Origin: an uncultured Candidatus Saccharibacteria bacterium
GTDB lineage: Bacteria > Patescibacteriota > UBA1384 > UBA12157 > JAENIV01
Assembly: GCA_964433905.1 (NCBI GenBank)
Contig: CAYSSM010000004.1
Span: 1-44,030 of the forward strand
Length of the DNA stretch: 44,030 nt
Direction of reading: 5' to 3'
The notes below the pieces were generated by a model, which worked only from the letters and a program-made list of their open reading frames with translations, was not told the origin of the DNA and searched no databases. Positions 17,587-27,423 of this stretch are shown here, piece after piece (position 1 is the first letter of the stretch; every line of letters starts with the position of its first letter). The translations under genes and the position numbers were made by a program.

Positions 17587-19485
17587 CTATTTGTTGGTAA
17601 AATACCAGTATAATACATCTTTGGCCACCGGCCCGGCCGAAGAATATCCTTCACCGCCAGCTTCAACCAAGACAATAACGACAATTTCCGGATTTGCCGT
17701 CGGAGCAAATGCGGCAATCCAACCGTGAGTTTTCCCTTCGCTTCCAAATTGCGCTGTTCCGGTTTTAGCGCCCACCGTCACCGGTAAATCTGCTAATGAT
17801 TTGGCCGATCCAATCGTTACCGCCTGACGCATGCCCTCGCGAACAACAGTAAGATTTTCGCCGCTAATAAAATCTTTTTTAATAACACTCTTTTGCGATT
17901 CGTAAACTACTTTGCCATCTTTATTGCTGATTTTTGCGACAATTTGCGGTTTTAAAAGTTCTCCACTGTTGGCAATCGCAGAATATGCCGTCGCCATTTG
18001 TAAAGGCGTAATTAAAAAGTCGCCCTGCCCAATTCCCAACTGATAAGTATTGCCCAAATACCAAATTTCCTTTTTATTTTTTTCTTTCCACGCCGGATCA
18101 GGCACTAAACCAGTGGCTTCGCCAGGCAGGTCAATTCCGGTCTTGCTGCCAAAACCAAATTTTACTAAATAGTCATTTAATCTCGCAATACCCAAACCGC
18201 TAATTTTATCCCAACCACCGGCAACGGCATAGAAAAAAACATTCGCACTGACTGCCAGAGCTTTACGGACATCAACCAAACCATGCACCTTCCAGTCTGG
18301 ATAAACATAATTGCCAACTCTAATTTCCCCCGTAGCATTAATTGTTGTATTTTCAGTGATTACTCCTTCTTGAAGGCCGGCCGCCGCCACAAACGGTTTG
18401 ACAATTGAACCGGAAGGATATGTCCCAGAAACAGGTCGATTAAATAACGGTGTCGAAGGATCACTAATTAATTTTTGAAATTCTTCAGATGTTGACTGGG
18501 AGAATAAGTTATTGTCAAAAGTAGGGTAACTTACCATTGCTAAAATTTGGCCATTTTGAGGATTAATTGCCACTGCCGATCCGCCTGGCGAATCATTGGC
18601 AATAACACTATTTTTTAAACTTTGCGCTAATATATATTCGAGATTGGCATCAATACTTAAAACCAGATTATTTCCCGGAAACGGCTCAGAAAGAGACAAC
18701 TGCCTTTGCTGTTGGCCTTTAGAATCAACTTCAACTTCTAAAATTCCCGGAATTCCTTTTAGATTTTTTTCATAGCTAAATTCCAGACCGTCTTTACCTA
18801 TTTCGTAAAAAGGTTTATATGTCGGATTTTCCTTTAAATCATTTTGGCTCATTTTTCCAACATAGCCAATAATTTGGCTAAAACCTTCTACGGAATTATA
18901 CTCGCGAATCGGTTTCTTACTAATAACAACGCCGGGCAAATTAATCGTTCTTACTTCTAAAATCATGGCCGTGTCGCGATCAATATTTTCTTTTAAGACT
19001 ATGGGATCGTAGGTCGAAAACCCTTTTTCAGTGACTCTTTGTTTGATTTCATCTTCGGAAATTTGAGAAGCTTGGGATAATTTTTGATAGACTGCCTCTT
19101 TCTTAGCACGGTCTTTGGGCAAATCCAACGGATAAACTTCCAAATTGAAAGAAGCTTTATTCTTTGCCAAAATCACTCCCTTCGAGTCATAAATCAGCCC
19201 GCGGGAAGCGGTAACTTCCCTGACTCTTACACGATTACCTTCAGCTAGCGTTCTGTTAAATGCCCCGTTAGCTATCTGTAATCTTAAAAGTTGGGTTAGT
19301 AAAATAGTAAAACTAATTGCGCAGATTAGATAGGGAACCCATAATGGTTTGGGCGGAGCTTTAAATATTTCCTCACCTTCCGCATCATTTTTGTAATGTT
19401 CGTATTCCAAAACTTCCGTGGTTATTTTACGGAATGATTTATCGCCTCCCAACGGTTTGTCGTCATAAAGATCAAAAATTGACAT
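17587..19485 (-). CDS. mrdA: Penicillin-binding protein 2
   Basis: ASRGLIYD, SIVK, SAN and KTG motifs; follows mreBCD. Confidence 0.95.
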   Translation of the reverse strand: MSIFDLYDDKPLGGDKSFRKITTEVLEYEHYKNDAEGEEIFKAPPKPLWVPYLICAISFTILLTQLLRLQIANGAFNRTLAEGNRVRVREVTASRGLIYDSKGVILAKNKASFNLEVYPLDLPKDRAKKEAVYQKLSQASQISEDEIKQRVTEKGFSTYDPIVLKENIDRDTAMILEVRTINLPGVVISKKPIREYNSVEGFSQIIGYVGKMSQNDLKENPTYKPFYEIGKDGLEFSYEKNLKGIPGILEVEVDSKGQQQRQLSLSEPFPGNNLVLSIDANLEYILAQSLKNSVIANDSPGGSAVAINPQNGQILAMVSYPTFDNNLFSQSTSEEFQKLISDPSTPLFNRPVSGTYPSGSIVKPFVAAAGLQEGVITENTTINATGEIRVGNYVYPDWKVHGLVDVRKALAVSANVFFYAVAGGWDKISGLGIARLNDYLVKFGFGSKTGIDLPGEATGLVPDPAWKEKNKKEIWYLGNTYQLGIGQGDFLITPLQMATAYSAIANSGELLKPQIVAKISNKDGKVVYESQKSVIKKDFISGENLTVVREGMRQAVTIGSAKSLADLPVTVGAKTGTAQFGSEGKTHGWIAAFAPTANPEIVVIVLVEAGGEGYSSAGPVAKDVLYWYFTNK

Positions 19486-19486
19486 A

Positions 19487-19963
19487 TTAAGCTATTTTAA
19501 TTTCTTCTTTTGGTTTAATAACATTTTGTAAAAATATATATATCAGACAACCCCAAACGCCCGAGATAAAAGCGGAAATCACTACCTGCCAAGACGGAAG
19601 CATTTTCAAAAATAGATGGATTCCTAAATCGTTAAATAAAACCGCGCTGGTGAAAATGAAAAAAGCGATAATAATTTTTGGCGTTGGAAGAATTTTCAGT
19701 AAATAAAAATTGATAAAAATAATTTCAATTAGAAATAAGATTGTATAAATGCCAAACTTCATTGTTGAACTAATGTCTAACATTAAGCCACCAATAGCAG
19801 CAATTAAAAAACCTTCTTGACTGCGTCCAAACAAAACAAAAGCAACCGCTAAAATAATAATAATATTGGGAATTGTATCAAAAAACATAATTTTATTAAA
19901 TAATGTTAATTGAAAAATACCTAAAGCGATAATGAACAAAATTTTAAGAATTGTTTTTGTCAT
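19487..19963 (-). CDS. mreD: Rod shape-determining protein MreD
   Basis: Polytopic, IPNIII, GGLMLDI; lies between mreC and mrdA. Confidence 0.85.
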   Translation of the reverse strand: MTKTILKILFIIALGIFQLTLFNKIMFFDTIPNIIIILAVAFVLFGRSQEGFLIAAIGGLMLDISSTMKFGIYTILFLIEIIFINFYLLKILPTPKIIIAFFIFTSAVLFNDLGIHLFLKMLPSWQVVISAFISGVWGCLIYIFLQNVIKPKEEIKIA

Positions 19964-20742
19964 TTTTGGACCACAAAGACGAATTCCAGGTAATAAAATT
20001 GAATCGGCGATTTAACGGTTACTTTTTGAAAAATTTCACCTTCTTTAGAAACGACATCTTGCACTTGTCCAACAGCAATACTGCTTGGCATGTCACCGCC
20101 AAGTCCGGAGGACACTACTTGTTCACCTTTTTTTATCGTAATATTAAGGGGGATGTCTTCAACAACTAAGCCACTAATGCCTCCGCGCAGAAGGCCTGTC
20201 CCGCGGGAATCTTGAAGCAAAACCGGCACCAAAGAATTATAATTATTAATTAAAGTAACTTCTGAATTATTTTCATTAACTTGTTTGATAATACCCACCA
20301 AAAAACCTTGAGAAACAACGGCTTGACCAACATTAACACCATCTTTGCTGCCACGATCAATGATAATATTTTTTAAAAAACTGTTAAGTGGCCGGGCGAT
20401 AACATTTGCCGGCGTTAATTTCATTTCACCTTTATTGGAAAGAAAACCGAGTTCTTTTTTTAAAACTTCGCTTTCATGCTGAGCTTCTTTTAAAATTGAA
20501 AGCTGGCTTTGAAGTTCTAAATTTTCTTTAATTAATCTTTCATTATCATATGAAAGCGAGACTAAGTGAGTAAAATTTTTAAAAAAGAGCGAGACGCGAT
20601 TGGTTGAAACATTGCCAACTACAGAAAAAGGAGTCGTTGCTTGATAGAATAAATTTTTTATAGGTTGAAAAAAATTATTAGGCAAAAATAAGCCGATTAA
20701 AGCGATAACCCCAACGATAATAATGATTCGATATTTTTTCAC
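19960..20742 (-). CDS. mreC: Rod shape-determining protein MreC
   Basis: IIIDRGSKDGV, GFLVG, VVSSGLGGDMP. Confidence 0.95.
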   Translation of the reverse strand: MKKYRIIIIVGVIALIGLFLPNNFFQPIKNLFYQATTPFSVVGNVSTNRVSLFFKNFTHLVSLSYDNERLIKENLELQSQLSILKEAQHESEVLKKELGFLSNKGEMKLTPANVIARPLNSFLKNIIIDRGSKDGVNVGQAVVSQGFLVGIIKQVNENNSEVTLINNYNSLVPVLLQDSRGTGLLRGGISGLVVEDIPLNITIKKGEQVVSSGLGGDMPSSIAVGQVQDVVSKEGEIFQKVTVKSPIQFYYLEFVFVVQK

Positions 20743-20753
20743 TATCCCTCCGA

Positions 20754-21803
20754 TTAAGGATTAAATTGCGTTGGCAGTAGCACCCCTTTTAGAGTCTCGA
20801 TATCTTCTAAAACCAATCCCGTACCCCTTACAACTGAAGTCAAAGGATCATCAGCGATATGAACATCGGTCTGGGTTGATTGTTTTATTAATACATCCAA
20901 TCCTTTTAGCAAAGCGCCGCCGCCGCAAAGAATGATGCCTTTTTCCATTATGTCGGCAACCAGTTCTGGCGGAGTTTCTTCCATGGTAGCACGAATGGCG
21001 TCGACAATTTGCTGAACTGATTTTTTTAGTGCGGCCCTAATTTGTTCATCATTAATTATTATTTCTTTTGGCAAACCGGTTACTAAATCACGGCCGCGCA
21101 TTGGCAGATGAAATTTCTCTTTAAGTTCAACAGCCGTACCAATACGAATTTTTATTTCTTCAGCCGTCCGCTCACCTAACATCAAGTTAAATTTATCGCG
21201 GGCAAAATCAATTATGTCTTGGTTCATTTCATCACCGGCAACCCTAAGAGACCTTGAGGCAACAATTCCCCCCAAAGAAATGACTGCCACTTCGGTCGTG
21301 CCACCGCCAATATCAACAATCATGTTGCCCGAGGCTTCTTGAATAGGAAGTCTTGCGCCAATTGCTCCCGCTACCGGCTCTTCGATTAAAAAAACTTGAC
21401 GAGCGCCAGCCGCGGTAGCGGCTTCTTCCACTGCCCGACGCTCAACTTCCGTCACACCATAAGGAATACCAATAACCACACGGGGTCTGGGAAATAAAGA
21501 GAATTTCTCACGATGGACTTTGTCAATAAAATATTTGAGCATTTGTTCGGTAACTTCAAAATCAGATACAACTCCATCAACTAAAGGACGAATAGCAACA
21601 ATATGAGACGGTGTTCTACCAACCATACGCTTGGCGTCATTACCGATAGCTAAAATCTGTTTGGATTTTTGATTAATTGCTACCACCGACGGCTCATTGA
21701 TAACAATCCCTTTACCTCGAACATAAACTAAAGTATTGGCCGTTCCTAAATCAATGCCAATATCGTGGCTAAAAAATCCCCAAATTCTGTCGAAAATTGC
21801 CAT
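20754..21803 (-). CDS. mreB: Rod shape-determining protein MreB
   Basis: IGIDLGTANTLV, NEPSVVA, DIGGGTTEVA, GGGALL; ATG at 21803 preferred over GTG at 21815. Confidence 0.98.
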   Translation of the reverse strand: MAIFDRIWGFFSHDIGIDLGTANTLVYVRGKGIVINEPSVVAINQKSKQILAIGNDAKRMVGRTPSHIVAIRPLVDGVVSDFEVTEQMLKYFIDKVHREKFSLFPRPRVVIGIPYGVTEVERRAVEEAATAAGARQVFLIEEPVAGAIGARLPIQEASGNMIVDIGGGTTEVAVISLGGIVASRSLRVAGDEMNQDIIDFARDKFNLMLGERTAEEIKIRIGTAVELKEKFHLPMRGRDLVTGLPKEIIINDEQIRAALKKSVQQIVDAIRATMEETPPELVADIMEKGIILCGGGALLKGLDVLIKQSTQTDVHIADDPLTSVVRGTGLVLEDIETLKGVLLPTQFNP

Positions 21804-21842
21804 AATATTTCCCACATTAATTACACAATTAACTATAAACTA

Positions 21843-21926
21843 CCTCGCAGCAAGCTGACGAGGTATCCCTAAAGGGAAAGTTTGTTTTTAATAGGTTTTC
21901 ATCCTCGCAGCAAGCTGACGAGGTAT
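21843..21926. repeat. Two identical 24-bp palindromic direct repeats, 60-bp period
   Basis: cctcgcagcaagctgacgaggtat at 21843 and 21903. Confidence 0.85.
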
Positions 21927-22072
21927 TCAACCTCTAAAAATAAACTGCTTTGTAAAAAACGCAAAACATCCCTGTTTGTATTCAAGGGCTTTTGGCCTCT
22001 CGACTATAACAAAAAGACGGCACTATTAAAAGCCCTCCTTATACTAATAATAACTAATTTACTGCTATTTTA

Positions 22073-22978
22073 CTACCGGTATTTTTTAAGATTATCTTCG
22101 TGTTCTTGAAGGGTGGCCGAAAAAACCGCATGGCCGTCTTCTTTATTAAAAAAATACAGCCAATCGCCTTTTTGCGGATACATTACCGCCTCAATTGACT
22201 TTAATCCAGGATTGCAAATCGGTCCCGGCGGAAGGCCAAGATATTGGTAGGTATTATACAACGAATTGGTATTTCTATAGTCAGATACTTTAATCGGATT
22301 CCATGAGCCTTTGGCGTATTGAATCGTTGGATCGGCTTCCAGTTTCATTCCCTTATCTAAACGATTCAAATAAACCCCGGCAATTTTAGCTCGATCATCG
22401 TCGAATTTAGCTTCTCTTTCTACAATTGAAGCTAAAATTATATTATCCCTGGTTGGATTTAATCCGGCTGTTTTGGTAACAAAATTATCCATCATTTCTT
22501 TTTTAATATCTTCCGGTTTTGAATTGGGTAGAAATCGATAAGTATCGGGAAAAAGATAACCTTCAAAAGACGAAGCAATTTTTAAAAGTTCTCCCGCTTG
22601 AATTACTTTTTTTTCCGCTAAATATTCGTCGATTTGTGTAACCCGCCAACCCTCGGGTATGGTGACTAAATATTCCGAAGCTTTGCCCGAAGCCAAAATT
22701 GCCAAGATTTCTTTAATATTTTGCGACGAAGACAATTTGTAAACGCCAACTTGAATTAAATCATTCTTGAATCTGACATACATAACAAAAGCCGTGGATG
22801 AAGAAATTATCCCCTCTTGCTGAAGATTTTGAGCGATTGTTTTCGTGCTTTGCCCAGATTTAACAATGAATTCCTTTTCGCTACCCGATCCTTTATGATT
22901 TATTAAATAAAAAAAGTAAGCTATAAGCAAACCGATTATCAGAATTATTACCCCAAAAATAATAAGTATTTTTTTCAT
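22073..22978 (-). CDS. mltG: Endolytic transglycosylase MltG
   Basis: TIPEG, EGYLFPDTY, LASIVERE, LEADPT, GLPPGPICNPG. Confidence 0.95.
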   Translation of the reverse strand: MKKILIIFGVIILIIGLLIAYFFYLINHKGSGSEKEFIVKSGQSTKTIAQNLQQEGIISSSTAFVMYVRFKNDLIQVGVYKLSSSQNIKEILAILASGKASEYLVTIPEGWRVTQIDEYLAEKKVIQAGELLKIASSFEGYLFPDTYRFLPNSKPEDIKKEMMDNFVTKTAGLNPTRDNIILASIVEREAKFDDDRAKIAGVYLNRLDKGMKLEADPTIQYAKGSWNPIKVSDYRNTNSLYNTYQYLGLPPGPICNPGLKSIEAVMYPQKGDWLYFFNKEDGHAVFSATLQEHEDNLKKYR

Positions 22979-23373
22979 TTTTCTTTTAAATATTGTTCTA
23001 ATATTAGTTTGGCTGAAAGCTTGTCAACTTCTTCTTTAAATTTTTTTGTTTTGGGATTTTGCCCCCCGGCTTTCAATTGAAATTCGGCTTCTTTCGAAGT
23101 CAAAGTCTCGTCTGTGTAGTCGACTTCAATGTTTAAGCTTTTAGCCAGCTCTATAGCAAATTTATGGATCCTGTCAGCTTGAAAAGTATCAGAATTTTTA
23201 GGAATGCCAATAACTATTTTTCCGATTTTTTTTTGACGGCAAAGATATCCAATTTTACTAATTAGCACAGGTAAATCTGTTGCTTCGATTATCATGAGAG
23301 GAACGACTACATTATCAGAAAAAAGAGCTACTCCGATTCTTTTTTCTCCGACATCCAATCCGATAATATTCAT
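22975..23373 (-). CDS. ruvX: RuvX/YqgF family nuclease
   Basis: GLDVGEKRIGVA, DETLTSKEA, VDKLSAKLILEQYL. Confidence 0.93.
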   Translation of the reverse strand: MNIIGLDVGEKRIGVALFSDNVVVPLMIIEATDLPVLISKIGYLCRQKKIGKIVIGIPKNSDTFQADRIHKFAIELAKSLNIEVDYTDETLTSKEAEFQLKAGGQNPKTKKFKEEVDKLSAKLILEQYLKEK

Positions 23374-25067
23374 GGCAATGCCTCCGTCGATGCAGGGGTA
23401 GCCGGCAAAGAAGGAGAAACTTCGGAACTTGGAGCAACAGGAATAGTTTCTTCGTTCATATACTCAAGTTCAACTTTTAAATTGCGCTGAAAATTAGAAA
23501 TTCGCTTTAACCACCATGAAGGGCTAAACTTGATCTCAAAGCCGTTTATGCCATCTATTTTACTTAAATAGTTATTAATAGCAGTATTACTTTTCCCTAA
23601 TAAATCTTTTTTTACTTTCTCAATATCAACTTTTGATGAAATTTTTGCTTTCACATGGACTTCTAAATTTAGAGATTTTTCGTCATATTTAGTTTCTTTA
23701 ACTACCGGAACAATAGTATCATCCAAACCCAAAGTAATCATTTTATCTTGAGGTATTTGTTTTTCCAAAACCTCTACAATGAATTGATCGAAACCGGATT
23801 TATTAAAACCCATTACTCGTGTTCGCTCTTTAATTTTCAAAGTAAAATCATTAGCTTCTTGATCGACATTAGCCGAAGATTTTGTCTCGACAGTATCATT
23901 TTGAACCGTTTTATCTAAGATTTCCAAATCATTGGTTTTTTCTTTCAACTGATTTTTCAAATCGTCATTTAATTCTTTAGTCAATTTATCTTTGGCTTGA
24001 TCGTAATCCTGTTGAGATACCACCGTAACTTCCTTTGAAAAACCGCCTGTTAAATCTTTGTTTGACTGACCATAAATTTTTTCTTGTTGAGCAGCTGGCA
24101 AACCAACGATCGTAAAGCGTCCAGATTTAACATTGTAATCCTCACCGGCATTTTCGGCTTCGATATCAACATTGACATTGCCCGGGACAATATTGCCGCC
24201 GCGAATCGAAGTGCCGGGAACGGTAACACTACTTTTTGAAACAAATGTTTTTGATGATGACAAAAATTTTGTACCGGTTGGAAAAGTTTGCGGATTAGAA
24301 TCCCAATAATTGTAAACTGTTAATGTTCCGCTTGCTTTGCCACCAAGATTTTTTTTGCCCGTAGCAGTAAACTTATCTTCTTTTTCGCTTGTTAGATCAA
24401 TCAAATTGCCTGAAAATGTATTTTCACTAAGATTACTGCTTTCCTCAGCTGAAATTTTTGCTTCTAAAGTCTTGTCGTAATTTTGAGCCAAAACTTTTAT
24501 TTTGATGGTAACTTTTGGCAAAATTAGAAAAAGACCAATTAATATTAATAAAATAGAAGCTGTAATTAACGGCCAAATAATTTTTCGAGTTTTTTTCCAA
24601 TCAAATTCAACGACTGGTTTATGCGGTTTCCATGAAGGTTGAGAAGTCGGTCTGATTTCTTTCTTGGACCAACCTTTATGAGCTTCTTCTTGAAAATGAT
24701 GGACTTGGACTCCCTTGGGCTTTGCTTGAGGAACTTCCTCTTTGCGCATGTCTATCTCGATTATTTCTTGTTCGTCTGGCAAAGAAGCCGGCGGCTGATA
24801 AATCGGCCGTCCACTTTTAATAGAATCAAAAACTGTTAAACCAACTTGCGCAGCTAAATTTCTGCCAATTTTATCGGAAGTAACTAAAACAATTTCTTTG
24901 CTAAATTTCGCCGCTTCTTTAACTAATAACTTTAGATTAACAACCGATTGAAGTAAAGTGGCTTCGCGCGGCACGACTAAACTAATCCGATTAGATTTCG
25001 AATTTTTAATCTTGTCAATAACTGAAGTTATTTCTTCATCCGGTTCTAAATAATATATTTCATCCAT
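23370..25067 (-). CDS. Conserved membrane protein with baseplate J-like domain
   Basis: YLEPDEEITSVIDKI..QSVVNLKLL N-domain, one TM helix, ASGTLTVYN, EAENAGEDYNV, LTGG. Confidence 0.75.
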   Translation of the reverse strand: MDEIYYLEPDEEITSVIDKIKNSKSNRISLVVPREATLLQSVVNLKLLVKEAAKFSKEIVLVTSDKIGRNLAAQVGLTVFDSIKSGRPIYQPPASLPDEQEIIEIDMRKEEVPQAKPKGVQVHHFQEEAHKGWSKKEIRPTSQPSWKPHKPVVEFDWKKTRKIIWPLITASILLILIGLFLILPKVTIKIKVLAQNYDKTLEAKISAEESSNLSENTFSGNLIDLTSEKEDKFTATGKKNLGGKASGTLTVYNYWDSNPQTFPTGTKFLSSSKTFVSKSSVTVPGTSIRGGNIVPGNVNVDIEAENAGEDYNVKSGRFTIVGLPAAQQEKIYGQSNKDLTGGFSKEVTVVSQQDYDQAKDKLTKELNDDLKNQLKEKTNDLEILDKTVQNDTVETKSSANVDQEANDFTLKIKERTRVMGFNKSGFDQFIVEVLEKQIPQDKMITLGLDDTIVPVVKETKYDEKSLNLEVHVKAKISSKVDIEKVKKDLLGKSNTAINNYLSKIDGINGFEIKFSPSWWLKRISNFQRNLKVELEYMNEETIPVAPSSEVSPSLPATPASTEALP

Positions 25068-25074
25068 TTTTTTA

Positions 25075-25094
25075 TCCTGAGCAAAGTCGAAGGA
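25075..25094. repeat. REP-like element, intergenic
   Basis: tcctgagcaaagtcgaagga; same family as 15203-15227 and 33981-34017. Confidence 0.65.
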
Positions 25095-26351
25095 TTATTC
25101 TCTTAGGCTTGTAACAATCTTATTTAATATGCTGTCAGTAATGCGTTCTTCACCGACTAAATCGATGGCTAAATTGGCCAAACTCATTGGGGTGATATCC
25201 CATGGATTTACTAAGTCTTCCGTTTTGTCAGTAATATTTTCAACATCTATAGGTTTAATAAAATGTACCGTCGGTTTTCTGGCAAAAGGTAGATTCGTAG
25301 ACCATTCAGCGTTTTCAAGCGTTTCAGCAATATCGGGCAAAATGGTGCCGCCGCCGCAAAGAAGAATCCGTGAAGGCAGAAGTTCCACCTGCGAAAACTC
25401 TTCCAAAGTTAATTCTACGCCGGAAAACCAAACCTGACAATCGGTTTTTAGAGCATTTTTAAGAAATTGAGTGTCTTCTTTTTCTAATTCGTTCTTAGAA
25501 TATTTTATTTTCATTTCTTCGGCTTCTTCGAAAGAATTGCCAAAAACTTGAGAAATCCTTTTGGTAAAAGACCGACCTCCTAAAGCAAACATTTTAGTGC
25601 CTTCGACCCCGCCCTGACGGACAACAGCTATATCAGTTGTGCCGCCGCCAATATCAATAAAGATGGCGGAAAATTCACTTGACTCTTTAGGACCGACAGA
25701 TCTAGCTAATGCATAAGGATCGGCAACGATAGAAAGCAAGTCCAAACCCAATTCCGCCGCAATTGTCTGTAAAGCGCCAAGATGAACAATCGGTGCAAAA
25801 GCGTTGAAAACTCCTACTTGCAGCTGCCTGCCCTGAAAACCCAAAGGGTTTGTCACTTTATAACCGTCAATTTTAACATCAACGATAGCGGCATTAACCA
25901 ACCTCACATCCATTTCTGCATGGCCGGTTTCCCAAGCTAAAATTTGACGGGCTCTGTCGAATGAACGGCGCTGAATACGAGCAATGATGTCTTTTAGCTC
26001 TTCTAAAGTTATGCCCAATTTTGGATCTGGCCGCGTATATTTAATGGTAGTAGTGTTGCCTTTAACCAATTCGCCGGCAATACCCATAATCACCTGAGTC
26101 GGCATAATCTGCGCCTGCTCGGCCGCCCGCTCAATCGCTTTTTGGCAGTTTTTAACTACTCCATGAATATCAGTCACCGCCCCACCCTGCATATCCGAAA
26201 GCTTTTGACGTTGACGTCCAGTGCCGGTAACTATTCCTTTATCCTCTTCAACCTTAAAAATAAGGCACTTGGCAAACTCTGTGCCAATATCAAGAGCAAT
26301 AGCATACCTATTTTCAATTTTTTTTGATCCTAAGAAATCAAAAAGTCCCAA
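25095..26351 (-). CDS. FtsA-like actin-fold ATPase
   Basis: ALDIGTEFAK, IDIGGGTTDIA, LCGGG; no ftsZ adjacent. Confidence 0.85.
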   Translation of the reverse strand: MGLFDFLGSKKIENRYAIALDIGTEFAKCLIFKVEEDKGIVTGTGRQRQKLSDMQGGAVTDIHGVVKNCQKAIERAAEQAQIMPTQVIMGIAGELVKGNTTTIKYTRPDPKLGITLEELKDIIARIQRRSFDRARQILAWETGHAEMDVRLVNAAIVDVKIDGYKVTNPLGFQGRQLQVGVFNAFAPIVHLGALQTIAAELGLDLLSIVADPYALARSVGPKESSEFSAIFIDIGGGTTDIAVVRQGGVEGTKMFALGGRSFTKRISQVFGNSFEEAEEMKIKYSKNELEKEDTQFLKNALKTDCQVWFSGVELTLEEFSQVELLPSRILLCGGGTILPDIAETLENAEWSTNLPFARKPTVHFIKPIDVENITDKTEDLVNPWDITPMSLANLAIDLVGEERITDSILNKIVTSLRE

Positions 26352-26606
26352 ATCCCCTCCGTACCTGTTTTTCCACCTCTTCGGCGGATATCCTAATTAT
26401 TTATCTAATACAGCAAAAACTGGACAAAATGTCCTTTTTTTAAGTATACCGCAAATGTCTGAATAAAAAAATCCCGATGATATCGCAAGATTAAACTACC
26501 TACTTTGTCTAAACCTTAACCCCCACTTCGAAAGTAAGAATAAATTAGTTTTATTAGAAAAATAACTTATTTCACCTTTGATAGCAAATTCCTTTACAAA
26601 AAATCG

Positions 26607-26633
26607 AAAATCCCAAGCGCTTGGCTTGGGATT
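26607..26633 (-). terminator. Rho-independent terminator
   Basis: aatcccaagc-5 nt-gcttgggatt followed on the minus strand by ttcgatttttt. Confidence 0.7.
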
Positions 26634-26672
26634 ATGATATTGGAGGGTTCACGTGACGCCATCTCCTTTCGG

Positions 26673-27128
26673 TTAGTTGATCTCCAAAACAACATTGTCT
26701 TTGCCAAAGCGAGTAATAGCCCAATCGACAGCTTCGACAATCGATCTAATGATGGTCTTGACCTCAGATAACGTAAGGGTATCTGATACTGAATTCTCGG
26801 GATCCCTTAGCGGCAGACAGAGAAATTGTGACCTGCTCCGCTTACGCCATTTTTCTTTCCACTTGTTTTCGATGTCGACAGAGATAGGATCAAAGTCAGA
26901 AACACCATTATCCTCGAAACCCTGAATATCGTCGCGCAGTTGTTCGATAGCACCAATGCAGTCAGAAAGTTCGAATGTGCCTTCGTGAGAAACCAACATC
27001 CGAAACCCAGGCGACGCACCACTTATGACAGGTGCGAAATGCCACGACCCACTAAAAGCAAGCTTGCTTTGACTAGGACGAGGACTTCCGTAACAGCCTC
27101 TTAAACCGACAATGATGTCACAGCCCAT
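26673..27128 (-). CDS. Hypothetical protein (monocistronic orphan)
   Basis: 151 aa ORF with own promoter, purine-rich RBS and terminator. Confidence 0.6.
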   Translation of the reverse strand: MGCDIIVGLRGCYGSPRPSQSKLAFSGSWHFAPVISGASPGFRMLVSHEGTFELSDCIGAIEQLRDDIQGFEDNGVSDFDPISVDIENKWKEKWRKRSRSQFLCLPLRDPENSVSDTLTLSEVKTIIRSIVEAVDWAITRFGKDNVVLEIN

Positions 27129-27158
27129 AAGTCTTCACCCTTTCTCCTTGATAGAATG

Positions 27159-27216
27159 TATTTCTCAAGCTAATAAGCTTGAGAAATATGATAACATATT
27201 ATTGCGTAGAAGTCAA
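27159..27216 (-). promoter_or_regulatory. Sigma70-type promoter followed by 13-bp perfect inverted repeat
   Basis: TTGACT-17 nt-TATCAT (27216-27188); tatttctcaagct-aata-agcttgagaaata (27159-27188). Confidence 0.6.
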
Positions 27217-27373
27217 GATTAGCAACAAAAAAATTTTTACAAAATATAGTTCGAGATAATAATTTTCCACCTTAATTTTGTTCAACTCTCTCTGTTTATT
27301 AACCCCCCACTGCGTCAAAACCATGTCAAATCTCCAATTTTCTATCCACTTCCTCCTTCGGCCAAACCATCCA

Positions 27374-27392
27374 CCCCGCTCCTGGAGCGGGG
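27374..27392. repeat. REP palindrome upstream of RAYT
   Basis: ccccgctcctggagcgggg. Confidence 0.9.
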
Positions 27393-27423
27393 AAAAATGG
27401 TTAAAGGATGATATAATAAAATT

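Noticed and set aside
21843-21926. Possible mini-CRISPR (24-bp repeat, 36-bp spacer)
   Set aside because: Only two units, no leader or cas genes nearby, and a similar doublet with different repeats exists at 34879; better explained as a REP-like element.
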